Shown piece after piece: positions 1-11,460 of a DNA stretch of 64,000 nt. The notes under the pieces were generated by a model, which saw only the letters and a program-made list of their open reading frames with translations, ran no database searches and was not told the DNA's origin. A program made the position numbers and the translations under genes. Location: assembly GCA_030704615.1 (NCBI GenBank), contig CM060733.1, positions 71,424,001 to 71,488,000 of the forward strand. Direction: 5' to 3'. Position 1 is the first letter of the stretch. Each line of letters starts with the position of its first letter. This DNA comes from Takakia lepidozioides (lineage: Eukaryota > Plantae > Bryophyta).

Positions 1-371
1 ATAAGGCCTGGTATTTAGAACAGGCTTAGATAGGTTTGGCAGAGCTCGACTGTGCGGAGGGCATTTCTTCAAACGGCGCATACAGGAGAGCGTTCTCCAG
101 TGAGAATTCCAGGGAAAAAGGTGAGCATATTTATCCTCCACAATGGTGGGACAACCTACATATCAAGGTTTAGAGGGTTTACCCCTAGGACGCCTCTCTT
201 TCTTCTTACATGATGTGAAAAAGGTTTTCTGTTCTACAAAAGTGGCTGTCCCTGTCTGTATCATAGGTTGTTGTTCCTAAACAAGCCATGAAATTGCATT
301 GCGCAAGGGTTTTTCTTGGTGTTTACAAGGTACTTGGGAGGGTCTTCTTGGTTTTGGGAGGCCGTCTTATT

Positions 372-2252
372 GATAGCTACAAAAAACCTGCATGAGTAGA
401 TGGTCAACTGCAAGCAGCAGCAGGGGCACAATTGATAAAATCAGGCACTCTCACAATGACCACAGCCTCCAAAAGAGGACCAAGAGAGGGAGTCCACAGG
501 ACCTCTTCTGAAAATTCCGGGTATATGGACACTATGTGAGGCAGGGAAACTGAAAGAGGCTCTTCAAATTTTGAACCAAGGAAGCATTTCAGCAGGTACA
601 GATACTTATGTCTGTCTCTTGCATGCGTGCGTCAAGATGAAAGGCCTGGAAATGGGAAAGCAAGTGCACTCTCACATTACCCAAAGTGGATTCAAACCAA
701 ATGTTTTTCTACAGAACACCCTTGTGAACATGTATGTTTAATGCGGGAGCATCATGGCTGCACACCAAGTGTTCAACAAAATGCCTGAACGAGGTTTGTT
801 CACATGGAATACAATGATGGTAGGATTTACCAAGTATGGGTGTGGTAAGAATGCCTTGGAGACATATAAGCAAATGATGCAGGAAGGGGTGACGCCCAAC
901 CGGGTCATATTCGTTTGCGTTTGCAATGCATGTGCAAGCCTGGCAGCCCTGGAAAATGGCAAAGAGATCCATGGTGACATCATCAAAGCTGGAATTGTAC
1001 CAGGTGTCATTCTGAACAAAACCCTCATGGGAATGTATGACAAATGCGGCAGCATCAAAGATGCAAAAGGGGTGTTCGACAATATGGCTGCACAGGATGT
1101 GGTGTCCTGGAATGCAATAATCGCAGGATATGCCAGGCATGGGTGTGGCATAGAGGCTTTGGAGACCTATGAGCAAATGATGCAGGAAGGAGTGAAGCCC
1201 AATCGGATCACATTTGTGTGTGTCTGCAATGCGTGTGTGAGCCTGGCAGCCCTGGAAAAGGGCAAAGATGTCCATGGTGATGTAATCAAAGCTGGACTTG
1301 TACCAGATGTCATTCTGAACACTACCCTCGTGGACATGTATGCCAAATGTGGCAGCATCGAAGATGCAAAGGGAGTGTTCAAAAATATGACTGAACGAGA
1401 TGTGGTGTCCTGGAATGCGATGATTGCAGGATATGTGCAGCATGGGTGTGGCATGGAGGCTTTGGAGACCTATGAGCAAATGATGCAGGAAGGGTGAAGC
1501 CCAACCGGGCCACATTTGTTTGTATTTTCAATGCATGTGTGAGCCTGGCAGCCCTGGAAAAGGGCAAAGAGGTCCATGGTGACATTATCAAAGCTGGAAT
1601 TGTATCAGATTGCATTCTGAACACTGCCCTCATGGACATGTATGCCAAATGTGGCAGCATCGGAGATGCAAAGGGAGTGTTCGAGAATATGGCTGAACGG
1701 GATGTAGTGTCCTGGAATATAATGATTGCAGGATATGCCCAGCATGGATATGAGCTGGAGGCTTTGGAGACCTATGAGCAAATGATGCAGGAAGGGGTGA
1801 AGCCCAACCGGGTCACATTCACTTGCATTTGCAATGCATGCGCGAGCCTGTCAGCCCTGGAAAAAGGCAAAGAGGTCCATGAAGACATCATCAAAGCTGG
1901 AATCGTACCAGATCTGATTCTGATCAATACCCTTGTGGACATGTATGCCAAATGCAGCACCATCAGAGGTGCAAAGGGAGAGTTTGACAATATGGCTGAA
2001 CGAGATGTAGTGTCCTGGAGTTCGATGATTGCAAGATATGTGCAGCATGGGTGTGGGATGGAGGCTTTGGAGACTTATGAGCAAATGATGCAGGAAGGTG
2101 TGAAGCCCAACCGGGTCACATTTGTTTGTGTTTGCAATGCGTGTGCGGGCCTGGCAGCCCTGGAAAAGGGTAGGAAGGTCCATGGTGACATCATCAAAGC
2201 TGGGATTGTACCAGCTGTCATTCTGAACAATACCCTCCTGGACATGTATGCC
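372..2252 (+). pseudogene. PLS-class PPR gene copy A (RNA-editing-factor type), disabled and truncated by a LINE
   Basis: About 5.5 tandem 303-bp P-L-S triplets (GVKPNRVTFVCVCNAC / VILNTALVDMYAKCGS / DVVSWNAMIAGY). Leader LCEAGKLKEALQIL near 532. In-frame TAA at ~739, frameshift at ~1494, and the array ends abruptly at DMYA (2252). Confidence 0.93.
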
Positions 2253-5200
2253 TCAGGGTGATCCCTGGGAATTGGTTACTTATGCCAAATCTAGGGCTTC
2301 ATGTGTAGTTTTTGGGGTGAATCCCAGGATGGACGATGTGTCCTTTAAAACTACATGCTCTAGCTTAGGCTTGGATTTCATGGCTAATGGTACCATCTCG
2401 AGACTTGATAACAGGGGTACGTTGAAGGTTGCAATGACCAAAAGTGCTTCTAATAGAGTCCCGCATCAATTCAATCTCAAAGAAGTTCGTCCCTTGACTG
2501 GCTGGAGAGCGGTCTTAGACATTGGTGATTCAAACGGGCGCTCTAGGAAGACAACCAAGGGCAACAACTTCAACTTGAGAGTTTCTAATCGGTTTGATGC
2601 TCTGGATGAGGTTGAATCCAAACAGCCAGAAAGACAAGATGCCCCTAAGTGTACGGAACCTGAACGTCCTGAATCTGAAGGATTTGGTACTCTGAATGGC
2701 TTACCAATCCTCAAGGTTTACACAAGACGAACAAATTCTATGCACGGGGTAATTGTCCCCAAGCCGTCAGATGGACAGTCTGTCCCTAAGTGTGCAGAGC
2801 CTGAACGTCGTGTAATTGAAGGATTTGGTACTCTAAATGGTTTACCAATCCTCAAAGTCTACACAAGACGAGCAAAATCTATACACAGGGTAATTGTCCC
2901 CAAGCAGTCTGACGGACAATCTGCCCCTATGTGTGCGGAGCCTGTGCGTCGTGTAACTGAAAGATTTGGTACCCTGAATGGTTTACCAATTCTCAAAGTT
3001 TACACAAGACGAGCAAAATCTACACATGGGGTAACTGTCCCCCCTTTGCAGAATGGTTGGCCGTCCAGGAGCAATCACAAGCTACCTAGACGACAAACAA
3101 TTCACACGCAAAGGGCTGGCTTGCGGCTGGCCACTTTCAACTTCTCAGGGTTGACCAACCAAAGGAAACAACTTGAAGTGGGACAAGTTCTTCGGACTAA
3201 TGATATTCATATATGTGCTGGGCAAGAAACATGGGAAACGTCGGATAAACAGGTAAGATGTGTACTCTCAAGGCAGCCTCTGCCAAACGCGGTCAAAAAG
3301 GGGTCGGCTTCTTTGTTCGTGATTTATTGTTTGACAATTGTGAAATTATCAACAAGGGTTTGAGGTACGAGCATAGTATCTGGCTAAAACTGAATTTGAA
3401 GGGCGGCATGAGTACAAAGGACCTCTTTGTTGGTTGTGTTTACATGCCCACAGAGGGACCCTTAGTGCTGACGTAGACAAGGCCTTCGAAGATGTAAAGC
3501 TGGACTGTGCTTTGTTCCTTGCCAAAGGTCAGGTGGTACTATTGGGGGACTTCAATGCCTAGGTGGGCAAAGGGATCCATCAGGACGATATCATTGGACC
3601 TTTTGGTGAGGACGAGCTGAATTCTAATGGCAGACGGTTAATTAACTGTCTAGAAGAGCTTCAGCTTTTGACCTTGAATAACAGGACAAGTGGTGACCAA
3701 GTGCAGTGGACTCGTGAGAAATCCCAAACTGGGGAACGTTCCATTGTGGACTATATCATAATGGACAAAATTTTGTTCCCCCAGTGTGCCAATGTGTTGA
3801 TCGACAGAACTGATATTGGTACCTCTGACCACTTCCTGGTTTGGACTGAGATCAAAAGGTGTTTTCCCACCACCAAGAGATCTGTGAAACGTTCGATTCG
3901 GAAGTGGCGCATAGAAGAATTCCACAATGAGGAGGTCAAGGCTGAGTACGTCCAGGCCTTGCAAGAGGCTCTCCCTCATTTTGTCCAATCGCTCCAAGAA
4001 CTTCAGTCACGCTCTGTTAACGCAAGAAATGAAGTCGAAAGAGCAGTGGACTCTTGGGAGAGTTTCGTTTCCTCCGTGGCTGACAAGATCATTGGGAGGA
4101 AACTAATTGTCTGTGGTAGAGCAGTTAATTGGTGGACCAATGAGATTAAACTCAAGATAGCTGAGAGACGAGCCCTCTATAAAGAGTGCTGCAACTTGTA
4201 TGCTCACACCAAAAGCTGTGTCACTGTTAACGGACAGAAGTCCAACTTCTTTGACATAGACCAAGGTGTAGCTCAAGGATGTACTCTGTCCCCTCTGCTC
4301 TTCAATGTTTTCATCAATCAACTCCTCGAGGATGTGGAAAGTGAGGGATTTGGGTTAAGGGTGGGTGATACCACCATACCAGTTCTTATGTTTGCGGATG
4401 ACTTCGCAGGCATAAGGGAGACTCCAACCAATCTCCAGGAGTTGATTGATTGCGCGAAGAGATACTTTGATCTTTGGGGGCTAGAGGCTAATGTCAGCAA
4501 ATGTGCAGTGGTAGCATTCAACGACAGAGGAGAGGGAGGAAGTGATCTTAAGTGGCAGTGGGGTAGCCAAGAGATCCCGGTCCTCCCTTCCTACACTTAT
4601 CTGGGCGTTGAGTTCTCCTCCAATTGTAATTGGGATGCACATATCCGGAAAGTTGTTCAAACTGGCAAGGGCAAAGCTCTGGGGCTCACTAAATTTTTCC
4701 ACTGCAGAGGGGTCAACTCTGAGGTTAAGAAAACCATGCTTTGTCGCGTTATTAGACCTGCCTTGGAGTACGGATCTGCTATATGGGTTGATAACTCCAA
4801 CCAGGCTAAGTCTCTAGAATCCATTCAAGTGGGGGTGCTTAAGGAGTGTATGTCAGCATGCTCCAAAACAGCCAATGTGGCTGTTCGGGGTGAGTTTGGC
4901 ATTCCGTCCTTAAGCTCCCGACGAGATGAATTCAAGGTCAGATGGTGGGGTCAGCTGCAACATATGCCCAACACCAGATATCTTAAGTTAATCGACTCTA
5001 TATCTTGGAAACAGGACCGCCCTGTCAAACAGGCTAAGTCCTGGCAGAAGAGAGTAGAAGAGATCCTCAAGGACCTGGACCTGGATCCGCAAGTCTTGAC
5101 CCTGCTGGATAAATCTGACTTAGAGGCTGTAGTGTCCTCAGCCATGTCTGTTGCCATGAGATTGTCTGATGAAAATGAAGTTAGGCAGAAAACTTCCCTG

Positions 5201-5730
5201 AACTTGTTTCCAGTCTGTGACATGGGGGAGGATATCTTGGATGACCTCAAGGGTCTACCCACTCTCGGCACTAGACTGAAATTTAAACTCAGGGCAGGAA
5301 GCCTACCTTTGAACAGCAAACTGAAGCAGAGAGGAAAGGGAGAGTGCAATTGCCCGTTGTGTGGGCAATCTGAAGATAGTATTCATTTTCTGATACACTG
5401 TCCGGGGTTCTCTTACCAAAGAGACGCTCTCTTCAAATCTATTAAGGGAATTGTGCCTGTACCCCTGTTTACCAACTTTGAAAGTCTCAGGCTGAGCCAA
5501 AAGCCCAGGCCCTCCTGAGGCCTAGTTTTTGGGCAAATCACACACAGCAGATTGATGCTTGTGTGAAGGGATTTCTAGAGGATATCTGGAAAACCCGGAT
5601 TAATTCTTTATATGGAGGTAAGTCATACTACCAATGTCAGCCCCTGACAGAGGTAGGTTCTGTCCCTTTTGTTCCCGCTCAAATTGGGCGCGGGGTCAAT
5701 GGCCACAAGGCTACGGCAAACAACGTCTTA
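2253..5730 (+). mobile_element. Non-LTR retrotransposon (LINE; APE endonuclease + RT + C-terminal CCHC), 5'-truncated, with frameshifts, a stop and an internal RT deletion
   Basis: APE motifs: ATFNFSGL, GQETW, GVGF, LLGDFNA, NSNG, SIVDYI, TSDH. RT motifs: QGVAQGCTLSPLLFN, LMFADD, YTYLG. C-terminal CPLCG..SIHFLIHC. RT domains 0-3 are missing at the junction ALYKECC|NLYAHTKS (~4190). No TSD found. Confidence 0.9.
2641..3040 (+). repeat. Three in-frame 141-bp (47-aa) tandem repeats in the LINE 5' coding region
   Basis: Units start at ~2641, 2782 and 2923; each encodes PKCxEPER..EGFGTLNGLPILKVYTRR. Confidence 0.92.
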
Positions 5731-5934
5731 TGAGTACAATCTCTCCCCAGCACATTTTTAAAGTCTTGGGACCAATTCAGAGTAGGAGCTAGTGTGTGAT
5801 CAGTAGGGTTTGGGTGTTTGCTAGAAAAAATTCAGCTGTCATTGTCAGCTTCTAGCAGCAAGGGCAAGGTCTATGCATTAATGGTGCTGAGTAAGGGATA
5901 GCTGAAGGAGAGCAGGGATAGAGTGTGGGTCCAG

Positions 5935-6800
5935 ATTCATCCAAGAGGGATGGATATCAGGCACAATAGTGCCCATGATTCCCTGTGGATTGATAGCTAC
6001 AGGAAACCTGCATGGGTAGATGGTCAACTGGAAACAGCGGCAGCGGCATATTTGAAATCAGGTGCTCCACCATGGCCACAACTTCCAAGGGAGGACCAAG
6101 AGAGGGAGTCCACAATACCGCTTCTGGCACTTCTGGGCACGTGAGGATGCTATGTGAGGCAGGGCAACTGAAAGAGGCTCTACAGATTTTGAAGGGTTTC
6201 AGCAGATTCAGCAGATTCAGATACTTATGTCTGTCTCTTGCCTAAGTGCATCAAGATGAAAGGCCTAGAAGCCGGAAAACAGGTGCATGCTCACATTATC
6301 CAAAGTGGATTCAAGCCCAACATTTTTCTATGCAACACCCTTGTTAACATGTATGTGAAGTGTGGGAGCATTGTGGATGCACACTGAGTGTTCAACAAAA
6401 TGCCTGAACAAGGTGTGATCACGTGGAATATAATGATGGCTGAACGAGATGTGATCTCGTGGAACGCAATGATCACTGGATATGCTCAGCGTGGGTGCGG
6501 GATGAAGGCTTTGGAGACCTATGAGCAAATGATTCAGGAAGGGTTGAACCCAGACCAGGTCACATTCGTTTCCATTTTCAATGTGTGTGCAAGCCTGGAA
6601 AAGGGCAAAGAGGTCCATGGTGATATCGTCAGAGCTGGAATTGTACCAGATGTCATTCTAAACAATGCCCTCATTGACATGTATGCCAAAGGCGGAAGTA
6701 CTGAAGATGCAAAGGGAGTGTTCGTCAGGATGGCTGAACGAAATGTGGTATCATGGAGTGCTATGATTGCAGGATATGCACAACATGCGTGTGGGATTGA
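5935..6800 (+). pseudogene. PLS-class PPR gene copy B with an N-terminal PDF-motif exon, disabled
   Basis: AG acceptor at 5933-5934, then IHPRGMDIRH..SLWIDSYRKPAWVDGQLE, linker, LCEAGQLKEALQIL and PLS motifs. Contains stops, frameshifts and deletions. Confidence 0.85.
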
Positions 6801-6849
6801 TACTGCCAATGTGACAACAAGAAAGTATCCCGAAACAGGTAACATAGAC

Positions 6850-6915
6850 GAGGAGAAGCTGTGGAATGAATACTTTTCTGACCCCAGTCAATGGTGGGAC
6901 AATCGAGGCAAGAAG
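6850..6915 (+). pseudogene. Exon fragment encoding the first half of an OSB-type PDF motif
   Basis: EEKLWNEYFSDPSQWWDNRGKK matches the W..FF..P..WWDNR..K half of the PDF motif of plant OSB/PTAC9 proteins. Confidence 0.75.
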
Positions 6916-7344
6916 ATGAATGTCTGTTAGATTACAGAGAGTAGCAGGCGCAATTGAGCATAGGAACTGTGGAATTTATAGCCTCTATTCTTCTAAGTTT
7001 ACTTTCTCTACTGTCCAAAAATCAATCAGAAGGTTCATGGATACAGCAGGCAAGGGTACCACCGACAGTTTGGAGGCTGTGATGGCTGCATATGTGTGGG
7101 GAAAAAGAAGCTCCTCCTGGAACAGGAGTGAAGGTTGACAGCATCCGCAGGCAAGTCATGCACCTTTTCATGTACCCTCCTCTTCTTCCACAGACTTTAA
7201 ACCAAGGAGGCATTTCAGCAGATTCAGAAACGTATGTCAGAGCAGAAGTTGCGAGATCTGCTGCTTGACTTTTGGCGCAAGCAACAGGTGCTTGGCATTC
7301 AGGTGTATGCCTCTACCTCTGAATGTGATACTCTTGGATTTTGG

Positions 7345-7512
7345 ATGCTGTTGCTATCAACCATCTATGCTGCAGCTGGTAATTGGGATAATACTGCAAA
7401 GGTGAGAAGAATGATGAAGGTTAGAGGAGTTAGAAAGGAGCCAGGTCGCTGTAGAAAAACAGAAAAGGAATTTTCTGTTTGCCACCACAGTGAGAAGCTG
7501 GCCATTAGTTTT
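7345..7512 (+). pseudogene. E / PG-box / DYW deaminase fragment of a PPR editing factor
   Basis: LLSTIYAAAGNWD..KVRRMMKVRGVRKEPG is fused by a deletion to KEFSVCHHSEKLAISF (HxE deaminase motif, HSEKLA). Confidence 0.85.
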
Positions 7513-7849
7513 GTGTCTGGAGACGAAAGTAGTGGATCTGCCAACATCCAGTCCAACAGGTGAAGTCCTGGCAGAACGGGAAGAGGAGATTTCAAGTGCC
7601 TGAATATTAGGCAAGAGGAACTGACCCTACTAAAATGAAGTTGACTTGAAAGTTAACTTGGAAAGCTGATGTGTCCAAGGCCATGTTGGAAGAATGCAGA
7701 ATGTCCAAACAACAGTTAGGCATAAAACCCTGAACTCATTTCCGGTTTGTAACATGGATGAGTGAAGGGCAGCCTTGACACTACTGTAATTTTAACTCAG
7801 GGTGAGGTTCAACCTAGAAACTTTCAAAGTTAGTAAACAGAGGTACAGG

Positions 7850-10010
7850 CGTATGAGCAAATGATGCGTGAAGGGGTGAAGCCCAACCACATCACGTTCG
7901 GTTGCATTTGCAATGTGTATGCAAGCCTGGGAGCCCTGGAAAAGGGGAAAGAGGTCCATGATGACCTCGTCAAAGCTGGAATTGTAGCAGATGTCATTCT
8001 GAACACTGCCCTGGTGGACAATATGTATGCCAAATGTGGGTGCATTAAAGATGCAAAGGCAGTTTTCAACAATATGCAGGCTGAATGACATCTTCAGAAC
8101 TGGAATCGTACCAGATGTGATCCTGAACAATACCTTGGTGGACATGTATGCCAAATGTGGGAGCATTGAGCATGCAAAGGGGAGTGTTCGACCATATGGC
8201 TGAACGAAATGTGGTGTCATGGAACATGATGTTGCAGAATATGCACAGCAGGGGCGCAGGATGGTGGCTTTGGAGACGTATGAGCAAATGATGTGCGAAG
8301 GAGTGAAGCCTAGAAAAGGGTAAAGAGGTCCATGGTTGCATCGTCAAAAGCTGGAATTGTACCAGATGTCATCCTGAACACTGCCTTGGTGGACATGTAT
8401 GCGATGTGGGTGCATCGAGGATGCAAATGGAGTATGGCTGAACGTGATGTGGTGTCGTGGAGTGTGATGATTGCAAGATATGCACAGCAAGGGTGCGCGA
8501 TGGAGGCTTTGGAGACCTATGAGCAAATGATGTGCGAAGGGGTGAAAACCAACAACATCACGTTTGTTTGTGTTTGCAATGCGTGTGAAAGCCTGGGAGC
8601 TCTGGAAAAGGGGAAAGAGGTCCATGGTGACATCGTCAAAGCTTGAATTGTTCCAGATGTCATCCTGAACACTGCCCTGATGGACATGTATGCCAAATGT
8701 GGGTGCATTAAGGATGCGAATGGAGTTAATTTCAGCATTATGGCTGAACGAGATGTGGTGTCGTGGAACGCGATGCTTGCAGGGGTATGCACAGCAGGGG
8801 CGCGGGATCGAGGCTTTGGAGCTCTATTCCAGAGTTTATTGAGCCTATCACAGGCTGTCATTGTCAGCTGCTAGCAGCAAGGCAAGGATGTATGCATGAT
8901 TTGTGCAGAGGCATGGATAGTTGAAGGAGCAGGGATAGAGTGTGGGTCCAGATTCATCCAAGGGGACCGGACTTCAAGCTCCAGATTACCTATGATTCTC
9001 TGTGGATCAATAGCTACAAGTAACCTGCATGGGTAGATGGTCAACTAAAGGCACGTATGTTTGCATTTGCAGTGCGTGTGCTAGCCTGGCAGCCCTGGAA
9101 AAGGGGAAAGAGGCCCATGGTGACATCGTCAAATCTGGAATTGTACCAGATGTCATTCTGAACACTGCCCAACGCGATGCTTGCAGGGTATGCACAGCAG
9201 AGGCGCGGGATGGAGGCTTTGGAGACCTATGAGCAAATGATGTGCAAAGGGGTGAGGCCAACCACATCACGTTTGTTTGTGATTCCAATGCTTGTGCAAG
9301 CCTGGCAGCCCTGGAAAAGGGCAAGAGGTGCGTGGTTGTATCGCAAAAGCTGGAATTGTACCAGATGTGATTCTGTACGATATCCTCGTGGGCATGTATG
9401 CCAAATTTGGGTGCATTGAGGATGCAAACCAAAGGAACTTATGTGTATTCTGCGAAGGGGTGAAGCCCAACCACATCACCGTAGTTTGTATGTGCAAGCT
9501 TGGGAGCCCTGGAAAAGGGGAAAGAGGTCCATGGTGACATCGTCAAAGCTGGAATTGTACCCAATGTTATTCTTAACAATGCCCTCGTGGACATGTATGC
9601 CAAATGTGGGAGCATCAAGGATGCGAAGGCAGTGTTCAACTATAATGCTGAATGAAATGTGATGTCGTGGAACGCGTTGCTTGCAGGGTAGGGCGTGGGA
9701 TGGAGGTTTCGGAGACCTATGAGCAAATTATGGGGGAAGGGGTGAAGCCTCGCCACATCATGTTTGTGTGCATTTGCAATGCTTGTGCAAATCCTGGCAG
9801 CCTTGGAAATGAGTGAAGGGGTGCATGGTTGCATCGCAAAAGCAGGAGTTGGTGAGAAGAATGATGAATGTCAGAAGGGTTAGAAAGGAGGCAGGTCACT
9901 GCTGCATTGAGATTTGCAACAAGGGTGCACACCTTCGCTGTAGATGGCATCCCAGAATTAAGGAAATCCATGCTGAGCTGAGAAGATTGTCTGGGCAGAT
10001 GAAGTGCCTT
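7850..10010 (+). pseudogene. Scrambled PLS PPR fragments, a third PDF exon (8952-9050) and an E/E+ remnant (9850-10010)
   Basis: Many frameshifted PLS motifs. IHPRGPDFKLQITYDSLWINSYK*PAWVDGQLK starts at 8952. E/E+ remnant reads VRRMMNVRRVRKEAGHCCIEI..HPRIKEIHAELRRLSGQMK. Confidence 0.85.
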
Positions 10011-10386
10011 CAAAACATTTCACCCTGTTTTCCCCTCTTATTGAAATCTGCAAGTTACTGGTTGAGTGAATGAATTATGCCTGGTAGGTGAACCTCATGT
10101 GTATTCTGATGCCTGTGCCAGTCTTTGAGCACTGAAAAAGTGGAAATGGATCTGTATGTATTTGTAAGCCTATACGTTCTGATGTGGGATTTTCCTGGTT
10201 TTATGAAGGGCCATCTCCTATTGGAATTCCTCAATCAGCATAGCTGGGTTTGAATCAAACATCAATGGACTATGCCTTTCGTCTTCACTAGGTGTTGCTG
10301 CCAAAAAAATAACCGATCCCTAAACCCTAAACTACGCAAATACAATAACGGAATGGTCCGATCATTGGAAGAGGAGAGGCGAGGAC

Positions 10387-10731
10387 ATGAGGTGGATGGG
10401 TGAAAACAACATGAGCTTCACGAAAAAGCTCCTAAAAAACAACACAAACAACTCTGGATCGACGTCCAATAACAACAAACGTCACAAAACAAACAATGAC
10501 GGGATGTACAATACAATAGAAGTCCTTAACGAAAATGGCCAAAAAATGGATGGACAATCCGTATGTTCAGGGGATCTCGTTGCAATCAAGTGTAACATCC
10601 GATACTGGATGAATTTCCGTCACAAGAAACACGGGCTTTCATTCCAATTAAAAGGGGTCAAACTGCTGGCCAAAGCACCAGAAGAGACAGAATCGAACGA
10701 CGACAACTGGAGCAAAAGCATAGCTTGGTAG
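10387..10731 (+). CDS. Putative T7 gp2.5-like / giant-virus-type ssDNA-binding protein fragment (C-terminal OB-fold half plus acidic tail)
   Basis: IEVLNENGQKMDGQSVCSGDLVAIKCNIRYW....HGLSFQLKGVKLL follows the gp2.5-family pattern. The acidic tail ends in an aromatic residue (EETESNDDNWSKSIAW). Intronless and A-rich. Motif recognition only. Confidence 0.5.
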   Translation: MRWMGENNMSFTKKLLKNNTNNSGSTSNNNKRHKTNNDGMYNTIEVLNENGQKMDGQSVCSGDLVAIKCNIRYWMNFRHKKHGLSFQLKGVKLLAKAPEETESNDDNWSKSIAW

Positions 10732-11214
10732 AGCTTAAATTAGACACTTCTAAACGTTCCATGTAAGGGCCACCATATTTTATAAAGACCATCCTCCTTC
10801 TCCTTTTCAAAAAGTCTATATTTTTCCAATGCATGCTCACAACGGATAATAAAAAAATACTGATTTATCATAGTCCAAATCTACTTGTTGTACCAAGACG
10901 ACCCATGGAAAACCCCTCCAACTCTCTCTCAAGTTCCTCCAGTATGGCCCATCCGTCCGGGCGTCCTTCTCAGAAGTCGTCGCTAGTAGTGCGGAGCAAC
11001 GCGAAGCCCTAGTTTGGTTAAGTAAAGATAAAGTCATAATGTTGTTAATTGATCAGTACAGTATTCTTGGTTACCATGGCATCCCTCAACGCTGTACCAA
11101 ACACAAGGTCCTGCGTTCGAATTCTAAATATTAATTCGCTCAACAAAGGTAATATTTTTGGTCATACCCCCTTTCTCCATGATTGTCCCACTGAGCCACA
11201 AGGTCTAGGGTTCA

Positions 11215-11460
11215 ACACATCATACTATTCACATAACAAAGGTTAAAATGTCACATAATGTTATCCTAATGGTCCATAGCCCTAACTCTCAACCAACAAA
11301 CATCGTACTATTCACATAACAAAGGTTAAAATATCACCTAAAATGTCACATAATGTTATCCTAATGTTCCACAGCCCTAACTCTAAGACTAAATGTCACC
11401 AAATGTTACAGATGTCACCATTATCTTGTGGCCCACGGACTAACCCTAACTCTAAGGCTA
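11215..11460. repeat. Imperfect tandem repeats containing CCCTAAC motifs
   Basis: TACTATTCACATAACAAAGGTTAAAAT x2, AAATGTCACATAATGTTATCCTAATG x2, CCCTAACTCT x3. Confidence 0.7.

Noticed and set aside
709-9834. Long antisense ORFs over the PPR repeats
   Set aside because: They are shadow frames of the repetitive PPR coding strand.
10318-10331. Telomere or chromosome end
   Set aside because: Only two CCCTAAA units, in an interstitial position.
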